Source: Candidatus Zixiibacteriota bacterium
GTDB taxonomy: Bacteria; Zixibacteria; MSB-5A5; GN15; FEB-12
Reading direction: 5' to 3'
DNA: 64,000 bases
Assembly (NCBI GenBank): GCA_024277795.1
Contig: JAJRUL010000152.1
Span: forward strand, 2,006-66,005
The notes beneath the pieces are model-generated. The model was given only the letters and a program-made list of their open reading frames with translations. It ran no database searches and was not told the DNA's origin. Within the stretch, counting starts at the first letter, position 1, and every line of letters begins with the position of its first letter. Below are positions 8,630 through 18,575 of the stretch, piece after piece. The position numbers were made by a program, and so were the translations under genes.

Positions 8630-10534
8630 TTATACCGTTAGACGTATTCCGACCTCAATCACACGATCTTCAGGTATTTCAAAAAATGCTGATGCGTCGT
8701 AGGCGTTTCTTGAGAGGAAAGAAAAGAGATGTGCACGCCAACGATACATGCGATGTCCTCCATCAACTATGAGCTTTTCCCTGCCCAAGAAGAAACTGCT
8801 TGTTTCGATTGGTATATCTAATCCTTGACCTTTTGCCAAGGCTAGAAGTTTTGGTACACTTGGTGATTCCATGTATCCATAATATGCGGTAACTTGATAA
8901 AAGCCTGATCCAAGTTCATCAATTTTGAGTTTTTCCATATTCGGAACTCTAGGAATTTCCAGAAGTGAAAAATTGAGTAAAATGATATTTGAGTGTAAGG
9001 TTTTGAAGTGTTCGATATTATGAGTCAAGGCAACTGGAATGTTTTTAGGGCGTCCCGTTAGAAAAATGGCATGCCCTTTTACTCGCTGAATCTTCTCTTC
9101 AGCAATTTTGTCCCTCATCGTTTCATACGGCATTACCATTTTTGATAATTGTTCTGAAAGGTATTTGCGTCCCTGTTGCCATGTTGACATAATAATCATA
9201 GCAACAGCTCCCAATACCAACGGGAACCATGCACCATGGAATATCTTGTTCAGGTTAGCAGACAAGAATGCTATGTCTGCTATAAGAAATAGCAGGACAG
9301 GAATTCCTACTTTGAAAAATCCCCAGCTCCATCTTTCTCGTGCGATAACATAAAAGAGAATAGTTGCAATCAACATTGTGGTTGTAACGGCAACACCATA
9401 GGCGGCGGCCAGTTTACTTGACGATTGGAAACCGAGTACAAGAATCAAAGTAGCTATCATCATTAACCAGTTAATCGTTGGAATATAGATCTGTCCAAAG
9501 TGTCTTGATGATGTATGAACAATCTTTAATCTTGGTAGATAGCCCATTTGAATTGCTTGTCGTGTCAATGAAAAGACACCTGTGATGACTGCTTGTGATG
9601 CAATAATAGTTGCACAGGTTGCAAGGATTAACATTGGGATTAACGCCCATGAAGGGACCATTGCATAAAATGGATGATATGCTTCAGCGGGATTAGAGAG
9701 CAATAGGGCACCTTGTCCGAAATAGTTGATGACTAAAGCGGGCAAAACCAGACCGAACCAGACGAGGCGAATTGGTTTTTTCCCGAAATGTCCGAGGTCG
9801 GCGTAGAGAGCTTCCGCACCGGTAACAACAAGAAAAACAGCACCAAGTACAGTGAATCCATGAAGGCCGGATTGTATCAGGAAGCTTATTCCATAGGTAG
9901 GTGATAATGCCTTGAAAATCATAGGGTGACTGATTATTTCTCTGATTCCGAGAACAGCAAGAGTGAGAAACCAAATGAGTATTATCGGACCGAAGAGTGC
10001 ACCAATTTTCGCTGTCCCTCTTTTTTGAAGAAGAAACAAGACAGCAAGAATGAGTAGCGTTATTGGAATGACGAATTTTTCAAACTCAAGGGTGACAACT
10101 TTCAAACCTTCAACAGCAGAAAGAACAGAGATTGCGGGAGTGATCATGCCATCTCCATAGAGCAAGCAAGCACCAAAGATGCCCATACCGATAAGGAACA
10201 ACCTTCCTTTTGAGACAGACGGTGAATGTTTTTTCAATTGTGCAGTTAGAGCGATTACCCCACCTTCCCCTCGGTTGTCTGCTTGAAAGATATAGGCGAG
10301 GTACTTAACAGATACGATGATAATTAATGCCCAAAACATGAGGGATAAAACACCATAGATATTCTCAGGAGTTACCGGTATACCATACTCTCCGTGGAAG
10401 CATTCTCTTATCGCATAGAGGGGGCTTGTACCAATATCTCCAAAGACAACTCCTAAAGCAGCCAAGGCGAGCATTCTTAGAGAGTTCTTTTGTATTACAG
10501 GTTTGTTGCTGTTACTCTTTTCGATTTCTGACAT
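8630..10534 (-). CDS. kup: KUP/HAK/KT family potassium transporter
   Basis: VFGDIGTSPLY, GEGG and GAEALYADLGHFG motifs, 12 TM segments and a cytosolic C-terminal domain. ATG 10534 or GTG 10546 could be the start. Confidence 0.92.
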   Translation of the reverse strand: MSEIEKSNSNKPVIQKNSLRMLALAALGVVFGDIGTSPLYAIRECFHGEYGIPVTPENIYGVLSLMFWALIIIVSVKYLAYIFQADNRGEGGVIALTAQLKKHSPSVSKGRLFLIGMGIFGACLLYGDGMITPAISVLSAVEGLKVVTLEFEKFVIPITLLILAVLFLLQKRGTAKIGALFGPIILIWFLTLAVLGIREIISHPMIFKALSPTYGISFLIQSGLHGFTVLGAVFLVVTGAEALYADLGHFGKKPIRLVWFGLVLPALVINYFGQGALLLSNPAEAYHPFYAMVPSWALIPMLILATCATIIASQAVITGVFSLTRQAIQMGYLPRLKIVHTSSRHFGQIYIPTINWLMMIATLILVLGFQSSSKLAAAYGVAVTTTMLIATILFYVIARERWSWGFFKVGIPVLLFLIADIAFLSANLNKIFHGAWFPLVLGAVAMIIMSTWQQGRKYLSEQLSKMVMPYETMRDKIAEEKIQRVKGHAIFLTGRPKNIPVALTHNIEHFKTLHSNIILLNFSLLEIPRVPNMEKLKIDELGSGFYQVTAYYGYMESPSVPKLLALAKGQGLDIPIETSSFFLGREKLIVDGGHRMYRWRAHLFSFLSRNAYDASAFFEIPEDRVIEVGIRLTV

Positions 10535-10717
10535 ATAACCTATCACTCATTAGTTTGTTATGCTTATATACACCATAATTATACTATTATTCATATAATT
10601 AGAATACACCTTATGTATATCAATATATGATAGTGGTGAATGTATCTGTTTTATGAAGTGTGAGAAATACTTTATTTTATGGGACAAGATCAGCAGATTG
10701 TAAAGGTCGAAACAGAC

Positions 10718-10747
10718 AAAGGGCTGATTCAATTGAATCAGCCCTTT
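10718..10747 (-). terminator. hairpin terminator candidate after the fibre gene
   Basis: AAAGGGCTGATTC-aatt-GAATCAGCCCTTT forms a 13-bp perfect stem. On the minus strand it is followed by GTCTGTTTCG, which is only moderately U-rich. Confidence 0.5.
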
Positions 10748-10788
10748 AGGATCAACGCTTATTTTGTCTTAGTATCGTTTGAAACCAC

Positions 10789-13146
10789 TTATTTACTGGC
10801 AAGCTCATCATTTCCATCAGTACTTTTGTTTTGTGTCGCCAATATCTGGACTATTTGTGCTTCCATGCGTGCCATTTTGGTATTTACATCATTAAGTTGT
10901 TTTTTCAAATTGTCTATTTCAGCAACTTTCTTGTGTAATTCTTTGATAGCCGACAGGGCCACACCTGCAGGATCAAGCGTTGAAATGGTTTTGTCACTTT
11001 CGCCAACTCCGAAGGTAGCATAGAAGTCTTCAGCCATCGGTCCGATATGACGAGTATTGTTCTGTGAGTTGTACGTCCAATGATAGATTGGAAGAGTAGC
11101 AACTTTTTCGAGTATACTTCTGTCATTGGTTCTGACTATATTTTTCTTCATTGTTCGTGAAGATAAAGATGTCCACATCGAACCGCCTGCAGGTACAAAT
11201 ACACCGGGCTGTCCAGAACCTGGGGCAATTACAGAGTCGCATCCTGTCATAAAGTAGAAGCCGTTTGATGCACGTGCATTGAATGTTCGAGGGATGAAAG
11301 AACTAAAGTGAATAGGAACTCCCACCGTATCTACACAACAATCCGACCAGACGAATGAGCAGTCGTCATTTGCATTTGCTTTTGTCCCCGCGGCGAAGGA
11401 TTGTGATGAGATCGCTGAGTTCTGAAGTCCGCCTGGGATAGTAGAATATGAGCCCGGGCCTACACGGTTGCTTTCGCCACCACCGATTGCTCCTCCAGGA
11501 CCTACAATAGCGTTTAGCCTTCCACCAAGTATTGAGCCATATATGGCGTTGACACCGTTGAGTTGTCCGCCACCAACTGTGGCATTACTGGACCCAGCTA
11601 CATTACCCGCACCACCACCGATAAACGTAGTGTCGGCTTGTGCAAAGTTATCATATCCACCAGCAATAACACCATAGGCACCAAAGACATGGTTAAGTCC
11701 ACCACCGCTGATAACAGATGTATACCCTCCACTCACATTTTGAATACCACCACCGACCATAGAAGCATGGCCATTCGTAGTATTGTCATGTCCGCCACCG
11801 ATAAAAGTATACTCATTCACAGCCTGATTGAGGACACCACCTCCTACCGTCGCCCAAGTCGAAGCGACGTTCTCTTGTCCGCCTGAGATTGTTGCTAAGG
11901 GATCAGTAGCATGGTTACCTAAGCCACCACCAATAAACTGATGCGGGTGCAAAGTACCGAGATTGTTTTCTCCACCTGCAATAGTCGAACCTTGCCCTTC
12001 GACTCTGTTGTTCAATCCACCTCCGATGGTTGATTCTGATCCTATGATGACATTGTTACGACCACCTGCAACAGTTGAATATGAATTCAAAGATTGATTT
12101 TGTTGACCACCTGCTATTGTTGCACCGAACCCGTCAACAGTATTGAGGTAACCTCCTCCGATTGTCGAGACATGGTTGTTCGCACGGTTGCCGAAACCGC
12201 CTGCAATTGTGATTCCGGTAAAATTGAGCGCGACACTATTGAATGCGCCACCACCAATTGTTGTTACTGTTCCATAAGCATGGTTACGATATCCCCCTCC
12301 AATAACTTGGTATCGTCCCTGTACAAGAGCTTGATTGCAAAATCCTCCCCCAATAAAGGAAAAATCTCCTTCGGCATAGTTTGCCCCACCACCTACTATT
12401 GCAGAAAACCCACCCCATGCGGTATTATTACCACCGAAACCGATTCCTGAGCCGTTGCCGATTGCAGTATTACCAAAACCTCCACCAATAAAGACAGGAG
12501 TTGTGGATGGCGGATAGTTACACGGGTAAAGCGCAATATCACGACCTGCAGAATTGCCTGATGGATCAAATGAACCGAACACGGGTGCATTGAACAGACC
12601 AGTAGTATCAAATGTGCTGTCTGCGATATTTGTCAAGTCTACTAAGTTGCCGATTCCTCCTGCAATTGTACTGAAGTCTGTGAGTACAGTATTGCTGTCT
12701 CCTGCGACGAAACCATTTTGACCGGTGATTGTATTTGAACTGCCCGGAGAAAAGCCGTCAACAGAAGCTGCGCGACTTGCATATGGAGCAGCCCCTAAGC
12801 GTGTGCGAGGGGAAAGTTCGGAATCGGATCCGACAGTAACTCCTAAGTAGCGCGACCCACCATCAAAAAGAGAGGAGGTGAGTGTAACTGTGGAACCGAG
12901 TTGAACGGTGAACAATCCATTAACAACTGAGACGGCAGAATGTGATTCGTTCCACAATGGAGTTCCTCCGGTTGCAACATCATAGATGGCAAAATTCAGA
13001 TCATACGATCCAGAAAGTGGGGCTCCACTGTTGTCGGTTAGTTGTCCCTGATAAGGAAACTGGACTGATGTTTGTGCTGAGACAGACAGAGCAATCCCCG
13101 TAACAAGTAACACCAACAATAGTGTGTGACGGAGTGTTTTCAACAT
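10789..13146 (-). CDS. secreted Gly-rich repeat fibre protein with a C-terminal intramolecular-chaperone (Peptidase_S74/endosialidase-type) domain
   Basis: Signal peptide MLKTLRHTLLLVLLVTGIALSVSAQ. It has dozens of degenerate GG-x-x-N-x-A/V-x-G-x-x-S/A-T-I-GGG repeats. The C-terminus SSRTMKKNIV...ILEKVATLPIYHWTY...HIGPMAEDF...LDPAGVALSAIKELHKK plus a coiled coil matches the tail-fibre chaperone domain. Confidence 0.8.
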   Translation of the reverse strand: MLKTLRHTLLLVLLVTGIALSVSAQTSVQFPYQGQLTDNSGAPLSGSYDLNFAIYDVATGGTPLWNESHSAVSVVNGLFTVQLGSTVTLTSSLFDGGSRYLGVTVGSDSELSPRTRLGAAPYASRAASVDGFSPGSSNTITGQNGFVAGDSNTVLTDFSTIAGGIGNLVDLTNIADSTFDTTGLFNAPVFGSFDPSGNSAGRDIALYPCNYPPSTTPVFIGGGFGNTAIGNGSGIGFGGNNTAWGGFSAIVGGGANYAEGDFSFIGGGFCNQALVQGRYQVIGGGYRNHAYGTVTTIGGGAFNSVALNFTGITIAGGFGNRANNHVSTIGGGYLNTVDGFGATIAGGQQNQSLNSYSTVAGGRNNVIIGSESTIGGGLNNRVEGQGSTIAGGENNLGTLHPHQFIGGGLGNHATDPLATISGGQENVASTWATVGGGVLNQAVNEYTFIGGGHDNTTNGHASMVGGGIQNVSGGYTSVISGGGLNHVFGAYGVIAGGYDNFAQADTTFIGGGAGNVAGSSNATVGGGQLNGVNAIYGSILGGRLNAIVGPGGAIGGGESNRVGPGSYSTIPGGLQNSAISSQSFAAGTKANANDDCSFVWSDCCVDTVGVPIHFSSFIPRTFNARASNGFYFMTGCDSVIAPGSGQPGVFVPAGGSMWTSLSSRTMKKNIVRTNDRSILEKVATLPIYHWTYNSQNNTRHIGPMAEDFYATFGVGESDKTISTLDPAGVALSAIKELHKKVAEIDNLKKQLNDVNTKMARMEAQIVQILATQNKSTDGNDELASK

Positions 13147-13310
13147 GATAATTCCTCCAAAATTAATATGATTTTCATTGCTAACTATGGCTGATAGGTA
13201 TGTGGCTTTAATGTATCGTTTTAGTCCAATATGTCAAGCGGTATGTTTGCTACCGCATAGCGAGGTTGATGCGAAAAAAAGAGAGGCATTAAAAAAAGAT
13301 GGTTTTGTGC

Positions 13311-13338
13311 TTGACATGAGAGATGTAACGTGTATTTT
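13311..13338 (+). promoter_or_regulatory. sigma70-like promoter candidate TTGACA-N16-TATTTT
   Basis: TTGACA is at 13311-13316 and TATTTT at 13333-13338, about 95 nt upstream of the 13433 start. Confidence 0.35.
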
Positions 13339-13432
13339 TTTCAAATTCTAAAAAATTGAATGATTACAGATGTAAGAATGCTTCATAAGACGTTATGGGG
13401 TGTAGTCTCAAACACAAATGGGGAGGATCGAA

Positions 13433-15679
13433 ATGAGACGATTAGTAATTCTTATTGCACTGTTGTGGTTACTGCCGGTAGTGGGGTTGTGGGCACAAAT
13501 TCCTGAATTCACATTCGTTGAACCTGTTACTATGTCGGAAGTACATTTGGGGACTTGTAACTTTGATGAACAAGGTTGTTACCCTGTGCATCATACAGGT
13601 ATTGATTACATAAGTAATTCTGGTAATCCAGATGTATATGCGACGAATGCAGGGACGATCGCACTCTTGGTAACAAATGGGATTGATGATCATAACATGG
13701 GTAATGTTGTAATTATCGAACATACCTTGCTCAATGGTAGTACAGTATACAGTCTTTATGCGCATCTGAACAGCTTTGAAAATTCCTTGTATGTTGGCAA
13801 GACTGTTTGTAAAGGTGAAAAGATTGGAGTGATGGGGGCAACAGGTAATGGATCTGGTAACTCTTGGGCTGATATTCATTTACATTTTGAGATGAAAGAT
13901 TCTCCAGTTTTGCATAATCCATCGGGTTCGGGCACATATTGGGGGTACACACCAAGTTCAGCGTTAAATTATGGTTATCAAAATCCAAATAACTATTATG
14001 GAACTGATCAGGTTATTCCCTTATATCAGTGTTTTAACTGCTTTGTCGATCCAATCTCGATGGGACCTGGGGATGAACGTGATGATGAAGTTTGTGTCAA
14101 TACATTTCAGCAATATAGTTTTCCTGTAATTGCTGACGGTCGGACATATCGAATCAGTGTAATTCCAAACCCGGGAACAGATGTCGATTTGTTCTCCTCG
14201 CGTGATAAGACTGATATTGAAACATTAGATGCATTGCAGAATTGGTCTACAACTTGTGACGTTGGTTGTGCCAGTTCTGAGACATCAGGAGAGGCTACAG
14301 AAATAGTTTCATTCACTGCGCCAACAGATGGTGTTGATTATACGAATTGGTTTTCAGTATTAGGTAAAGCTGGTCCTGACGGTATGGCTGGGTATCATGT
14401 CAAAGTTGAGGTTGTTGGAGGCGGACTTGATGTTGTATTCATAATGGATCTAACAGGTAGTACTGGTGGGCTTCTACCTACTTGGCAAGCACAAATGCCA
14501 AGTGTGGTGGCTGATATTCAAGCCCGTTTTCCAGGGGCAAGGTTTGGTTTAGCGTCGCATCTCGACTACCCCTTTTCTCCATACGGTGCGAGCGGTGAAT
14601 ACGCATATCGTTTGGAGTCGCCTCTGAATGTTGATCCGGGACCGATGTTGACTTCATTAGCGAGTCTAACAAACGGATGGGGTCGTGATACCCCAGAATC
14701 TCAGTATGAGGCAATTTATCAAGCACTTACTGGCGAAGGAAGAGATTTGAATTCTGATGGTGATTTTACTGATATTGGAGAGATTCAACCCGGTGACATG
14801 GGGTATGCATCGGGAAGTAAGATAGCATTGTTCCATTTTACGTATCCACCTATTTTTCATAATTGGGATTTGAATCCGAACTATCCGTATGCAGGGGCGG
14901 CTCCAGTAGCAGGACGTATTGCGGCAATTACTGCATGTTTATCAAAACCGATGTTTTATTTTGGTTTGGTAACATCTACAGCCAGATCAGGAATTATTGA
15001 TGAACAAACAGGAGAAGTTATTAATGAAGCTGATATGTTAGCTGATGACCCGATGCAGGAATTGGCAGATACAACGGGTGGTGCAATACTCTATGTTGGT
15101 TCTGATTTATCTGGTCTTGATGTGGCGATTGAAGCCGCTTTGGAAGTTGTTGATCCTTCAGTGTTTATCACACCTGACAGTTTGGCCGTGTATCAAGCTA
15201 ACAGCGTCCAATACAATACTGTATCAATTACTATCGGGGGGACACTCTCAGAAGCATTATTGAACATTGATCCTTCGACACTAATGATCAATAATACTTT
15301 AGCACCACAATCTGCGACTTTTCTTGGTGACGAATGGTTGCTAATCGTATCTACGAGTGATTTTATTCATAGCTATCCAGCGTGGGTGGGGGTGCGTGAG
15401 CGAACTTTCTCGGTTTCAGGAAGTTTTTTAACAGGAAATACATTTGCTGTTGAAGGTAGCTTTATATCAGTTGGGCATCTTGCAGGTGATCTAGATGCCA
15501 GTGGTATTGTTGATATCAGTGACCTAACTGTTTTGATTTCATATTTGTTCAAAGGAATTGAAATTGAAACTATGGTTGGTTTGGCTGATGTAAATTATGA
15601 TGACGCAGTTAATGTCTCAGATTTAGCTTGTTTGGTCTCTCATCTGTTCAGAGGAACATCGATTCCTTGCGATGATTGA
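13433..15679 (+). CDS. secreted multidomain protein: M23 peptidase + vWA-like domain + dockerin-like twin repeat
   Basis: The start at ATG 13433 is preceded by GGGGAGGA. The signal peptide is RRLVILIALLWLLPVVGLWAQ. M23 motifs are HTGIDY and DIHLHFE. The vWA/MIDAS-like region reads VVFIMDLTGSTGG ... GWGRDTPES ... ELADTTGG. The C-terminal tail is GDLDASGIVDISDLTVLISYLFKG ... DVNYDDAVNVSDLACLVSHLFRG. Confidence 0.8.
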   Translation: MRRLVILIALLWLLPVVGLWAQIPEFTFVEPVTMSEVHLGTCNFDEQGCYPVHHTGIDYISNSGNPDVYATNAGTIALLVTNGIDDHNMGNVVIIEHTLLNGSTVYSLYAHLNSFENSLYVGKTVCKGEKIGVMGATGNGSGNSWADIHLHFEMKDSPVLHNPSGSGTYWGYTPSSALNYGYQNPNNYYGTDQVIPLYQCFNCFVDPISMGPGDERDDEVCVNTFQQYSFPVIADGRTYRISVIPNPGTDVDLFSSRDKTDIETLDALQNWSTTCDVGCASSETSGEATEIVSFTAPTDGVDYTNWFSVLGKAGPDGMAGYHVKVEVVGGGLDVVFIMDLTGSTGGLLPTWQAQMPSVVADIQARFPGARFGLASHLDYPFSPYGASGEYAYRLESPLNVDPGPMLTSLASLTNGWGRDTPESQYEAIYQALTGEGRDLNSDGDFTDIGEIQPGDMGYASGSKIALFHFTYPPIFHNWDLNPNYPYAGAAPVAGRIAAITACLSKPMFYFGLVTSTARSGIIDEQTGEVINEADMLADDPMQELADTTGGAILYVGSDLSGLDVAIEAALEVVDPSVFITPDSLAVYQANSVQYNTVSITIGGTLSEALLNIDPSTLMINNTLAPQSATFLGDEWLLIVSTSDFIHSYPAWVGVRERTFSVSGSFLTGNTFAVEGSFISVGHLAGDLDASGIVDISDLTVLISYLFKGIEIETMVGLADVNYDDAVNVSDLACLVSHLFRGTSIPCDD

Positions 15680-15695
15680 TAGCTCTTACTAAATA

Positions 15696-15737
15696 AAAGG
15701 CTGATATAAGAATGTTATATTACTTATATCAGCCTTT
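15696..15737. terminator. bidirectional rho-independent terminator
   Basis: AAAGGCTGATATAAG-(12 nt)-CTTATATCAGCCTTT forms a 15-bp perfect stem. T-rich sequence lies downstream on both strands. It sits between convergent genes. Confidence 0.8.
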
Positions 15738-15773
15738 ATCATTATTATTTAGCTCTCTGTTAGGCTACTACGA

Positions 15774-16505
15774 CTACGCTTTCTCAATCACTGCCGTATA
15801 GGTGAATTCTTGTGAGTCGAAGATATGTTTGATTTGCCAGCCAGTCGGTTTGAGCAGTTGTGACATTTCATCAATTGACACCATTAGATAATCATACCAC
15901 GGTGTGCAAAACTCATTGTACCGAATGCGAAGTTTGATCTGTCCTGACATTCGTCCACGACGTCGGTTCGATTGATGATAGAGAAGATGTGTTTTGAGGG
16001 TCGTTCTATATGGATCTGCCGAACCAACTAACAATCGAGCCGAATCTGGTGTCATTTTATGGAACCGTTTCAGTAACATTTTCGCACGCTTTGCATTTGA
16101 AAACAAACCAAAATTGTTTCCAAACATTACTATGGTATCAAATGAACCGAGGCTCTTATCAATCTCAAGGATTGACATACACTTTGTGTGTATAACACCG
16201 CGTTCTTTGCATAATTTTATTGCCAGTGGGGAGTTATCAATTGATAACGAATCATGCCCTTTCTTTTGCAGATAGAGGGCAACTCGTCCAGCACCGCATC
16301 CAATATCAAGAACTCGTCCACGGGCATACTTAATAGCTTGGCGTTCTTCCTTGTTCCATTGACGTATTGTTCCAAAATAGAGTTCTTTGCCAAATGCGCT
16401 TGTCGTGATGAATCCGTCTTCTCGCTCAACAATTTCAGCTTGTGCGAGTCCTTTGTGCATTGCTATTAGTACTTGTCCGTAGGCATCTTGTAGAGGTTTT
16501 AACAT
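15774..16505 (-). CDS. class I SAM-dependent methyltransferase
   Basis: 243 aa with motif I VLDIGCGAGR and the post-I acidic residue; substrate unknown. Confidence 0.75.
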   Translation of the reverse strand: MLKPLQDAYGQVLIAMHKGLAQAEIVEREDGFITTSAFGKELYFGTIRQWNKEERQAIKYARGRVLDIGCGAGRVALYLQKKGHDSLSIDNSPLAIKLCKERGVIHTKCMSILEIDKSLGSFDTIVMFGNNFGLFSNAKRAKMLLKRFHKMTPDSARLLVGSADPYRTTLKTHLLYHQSNRRRGRMSGQIKLRIRYNEFCTPWYDYLMVSIDEMSQLLKPTGWQIKHIFDSQEFTYTAVIEKA

Positions 16506-16525
16506 CTGCTACTCAGTTACAAAAG

Positions 16526-17554
16526 CTATGTATCTTTTTCTTCTGATTCGATCTGTTCGAGAGGAAGATATGGAAATGCATTTGCTATGAGGTTACCTGG
16601 TCCCTCTTTTTTATAACGGTAGTATCCTGCTGATGCGATCATTGCGGCATTGTCGGTACAAAGACTCATCTCAGGATAAAATAATTTCTTTCCCTTAGCT
16701 TTTAGGCGGTCACTCAGGACAGTACGAAGTCTGCTATTGGCCGCAACACCACCCGAAAGAGTTATATGAGACACTCCTAATTCATCAGCAGCACGAACGG
16801 TTTTAGAAGCCAAGACATCAACAACAGCTTCTTGAAAGGAAGCACATATATGAGGGAGCGAATCAGATTTTTCTTTTTCCGTTATTTTGTCTACATACAA
16901 TACGACAGCTGTTTTAAGACCTGAAAATGAAAATTGATAGCTCTGATCTTTTATTATTGGGCGAGGGAATTTGTAAAAGTTGGGATCTCCCTGTTTAGCC
17001 AGTTTGTCTATTTGTGCTCCGCCGGGATATCCGAGTCCAAGTAGTTTTGCAATTTTATCGAAAGCTTCACCAGCCGCATCATCTTTCGTTTGTCCAATTG
17101 TACGGTATTCTCCAAAGGCCTTTACTTCAACCAACATTGTATGTCCACCTGATACAATTAAGGTTAGATGATGTGGGTGTAGCTCAGGGTGGGATAGCAA
17201 ATTGGCCGATAGATGTCCCTCAATATGATGAACAGGGACGAACGGTTTTCCTGTGGCAAATGCCAAGCCTTTGGCAAAACTCAGACCGACAAGCAGTGCA
17301 CCAACCAAGCCGGGTCCCATTGTAGCTGAGATCAATTCAATATCTTCGAGTTGACATTGAGCTTCTTCAAGTGCCTGTTTGTAAATTGGGATGATATTTC
17401 GTACATGTGCACGACTGGCTAATTCAGGTACAACTCCGCCAAATTTGCTATGGTCGGCTTGTGAGAGAATTATATTGGATCGAATCGATTCTCCAGCATA
17501 CACAACTGAGGCCGAGGTTTCATCACATGATGTTTCAATACCGAGAGTGAGCAT
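16526..17554 (-). CDS. tsaD: tRNA N6-adenosine threonylcarbamoyltransferase
   Basis: GIETSCDETS N-terminus, the VHHIEGH metal site and GGVAAN, all typical of the Kae1/TsaD family. Confidence 0.93.
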   Translation of the reverse strand: MLTLGIETSCDETSASVVYAGESIRSNIILSQADHSKFGGVVPELASRAHVRNIIPIYKQALEEAQCQLEDIELISATMGPGLVGALLVGLSFAKGLAFATGKPFVPVHHIEGHLSANLLSHPELHPHHLTLIVSGGHTMLVEVKAFGEYRTIGQTKDDAAGEAFDKIAKLLGLGYPGGAQIDKLAKQGDPNFYKFPRPIIKDQSYQFSFSGLKTAVVLYVDKITEKEKSDSLPHICASFQEAVVDVLASKTVRAADELGVSHITLSGGVAANSRLRTVLSDRLKAKGKKLFYPEMSLCTDNAAMIASAGYYRYKKEGPGNLIANAFPYLPLEQIESEEKDT

Positions 17555-18474
17555 TATTGATGACCGATGAGTCTGATTCTTTTTGCTGAAATGTTGCGGG
17601 TTTGGAAATTAGTTGGACAATCAACTTTCAGAGGTGCTGTTGAATTGCTGTCAAGTTGGCGATAATCGACTGATGCTACTACTGCATTTCTATTTAGAAG
17701 GTCGATATCTTTTGGCGGGCCTGTTAGTTCTATAGAAACAGCAGGTGGTTCAGGACTGATGTTCGCATTTGACGGAGCGTTGAAAATCACAACGGGGATA
17801 TTTTCAAAGGTACGTGTCTTGACAGGTACTACCTCAATGTTTACTAACACACTGTCAGGTTCTACAACCAGCCCATAGATATCAGGAGCATCGACGGGAA
17901 TATGTAATGGCACACCATTTCTGAGGCCTGTTATCGTTCGTTCTTGAGTCTTGATATTCTTGAGTTTACTTACCACAGCACGAGCACCCCTCACTGTTAC
18001 ATTAGGGGGAACCGGCTGAGATATTCTGCTTACTGCGAAGCCTTCATCTGCCTCGGCAACTATGTTGGTAACTATCGGTACAGTTGCTTCTATCATTTGA
18101 TCTACCACTAGTTCAAAACCAAGCGGGAGAACAATTTCATTGAGTGTAATGATATTATTAGATCCTATCAATGTCGTATTGTCGGGTGTTAAAGAGACCG
18201 AGTGTGTTCCGATTGCGTAGTTGCTGACGTTGATACGAAGCCCAAGACGACGCCATTTGCTGCGGAGGAGTTGTTTGCCGGGACCGTTGACAATTACCGT
18301 CAAAGATTCGGGAGCGGCACTAGCAAGGGTCAAGGAATCAGGTAAGATAACTTCGTTGACAGCCAAAGTAATTTCGAAACTTGAGTCTTTCTCTGTGGCA
18401 ACATGGAGCCAAAGGAGAAATCCCATGAGGAGTGCTCCGATCTTAATCCCTATATTGTCCATAAATCTTGGCAT
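17554..18474 (-). CDS. YbbR-like (CdaR-type) repeat domain protein
   Basis: N-terminal anchor NIGIKIGALLMGFLLWLHV followed by repeated beta-rich YbbR-like modules. Its stop overlaps the tsaD ATG (TAATG). No cdaA gene is in the window. Confidence 0.6.
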   Translation of the reverse strand: MPRFMDNIGIKIGALLMGFLLWLHVATEKDSSFEITLAVNEVILPDSLTLASAAPESLTVIVNGPGKQLLRSKWRRLGLRINVSNYAIGTHSVSLTPDNTTLIGSNNIITLNEIVLPLGFELVVDQMIEATVPIVTNIVAEADEGFAVSRISQPVPPNVTVRGARAVVSKLKNIKTQERTITGLRNGVPLHIPVDAPDIYGLVVEPDSVLVNIEVVPVKTRTFENIPVVIFNAPSNANISPEPPAVSIELTGPPKDIDLLNRNAVVASVDYRQLDSNSTAPLKVDCPTNFQTRNISAKRIRLIGHQ

Positions 18475-18575
18475 ATCTCAACGTACCCGCTAGAGCGTAA
18501 TGTGTGTCTATCGTATCTCAATGATTATTCTAAGATATGCTGTTGATATAATCAACACAAATACTTACCGACGAA

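Noticed and set aside
10535-10788. c-di-AMP (ydaO/kimA-type) riboswitch in the kup leader
   Set aside because: The leader is uniformly AT-rich and lacks the paired GC-rich ACGGGG/CCCG-type conserved cores of that riboswitch class.
11468-12450. Antisense and shadow ORFs inside long genes (for example 11468-11677, 11563-11886 and 12094-12450; likewise 217-459, 2009-2242, 33477-34043, 42017-42406 and 47995-48845)
   Set aside because: They lie fully within strongly supported conserved genes on the opposite strand or in another frame. They have biased, low-complexity composition mirroring the host gene and lack SD sequences.
10789-13146. The tail-fibre-like gene as evidence of a prophage or mobile element
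   Set aside because: The neighbours are kup and an M23/vWA exoprotein gene. There are no capsid, terminase, baseplate, integrase or att-like repeats nearby.
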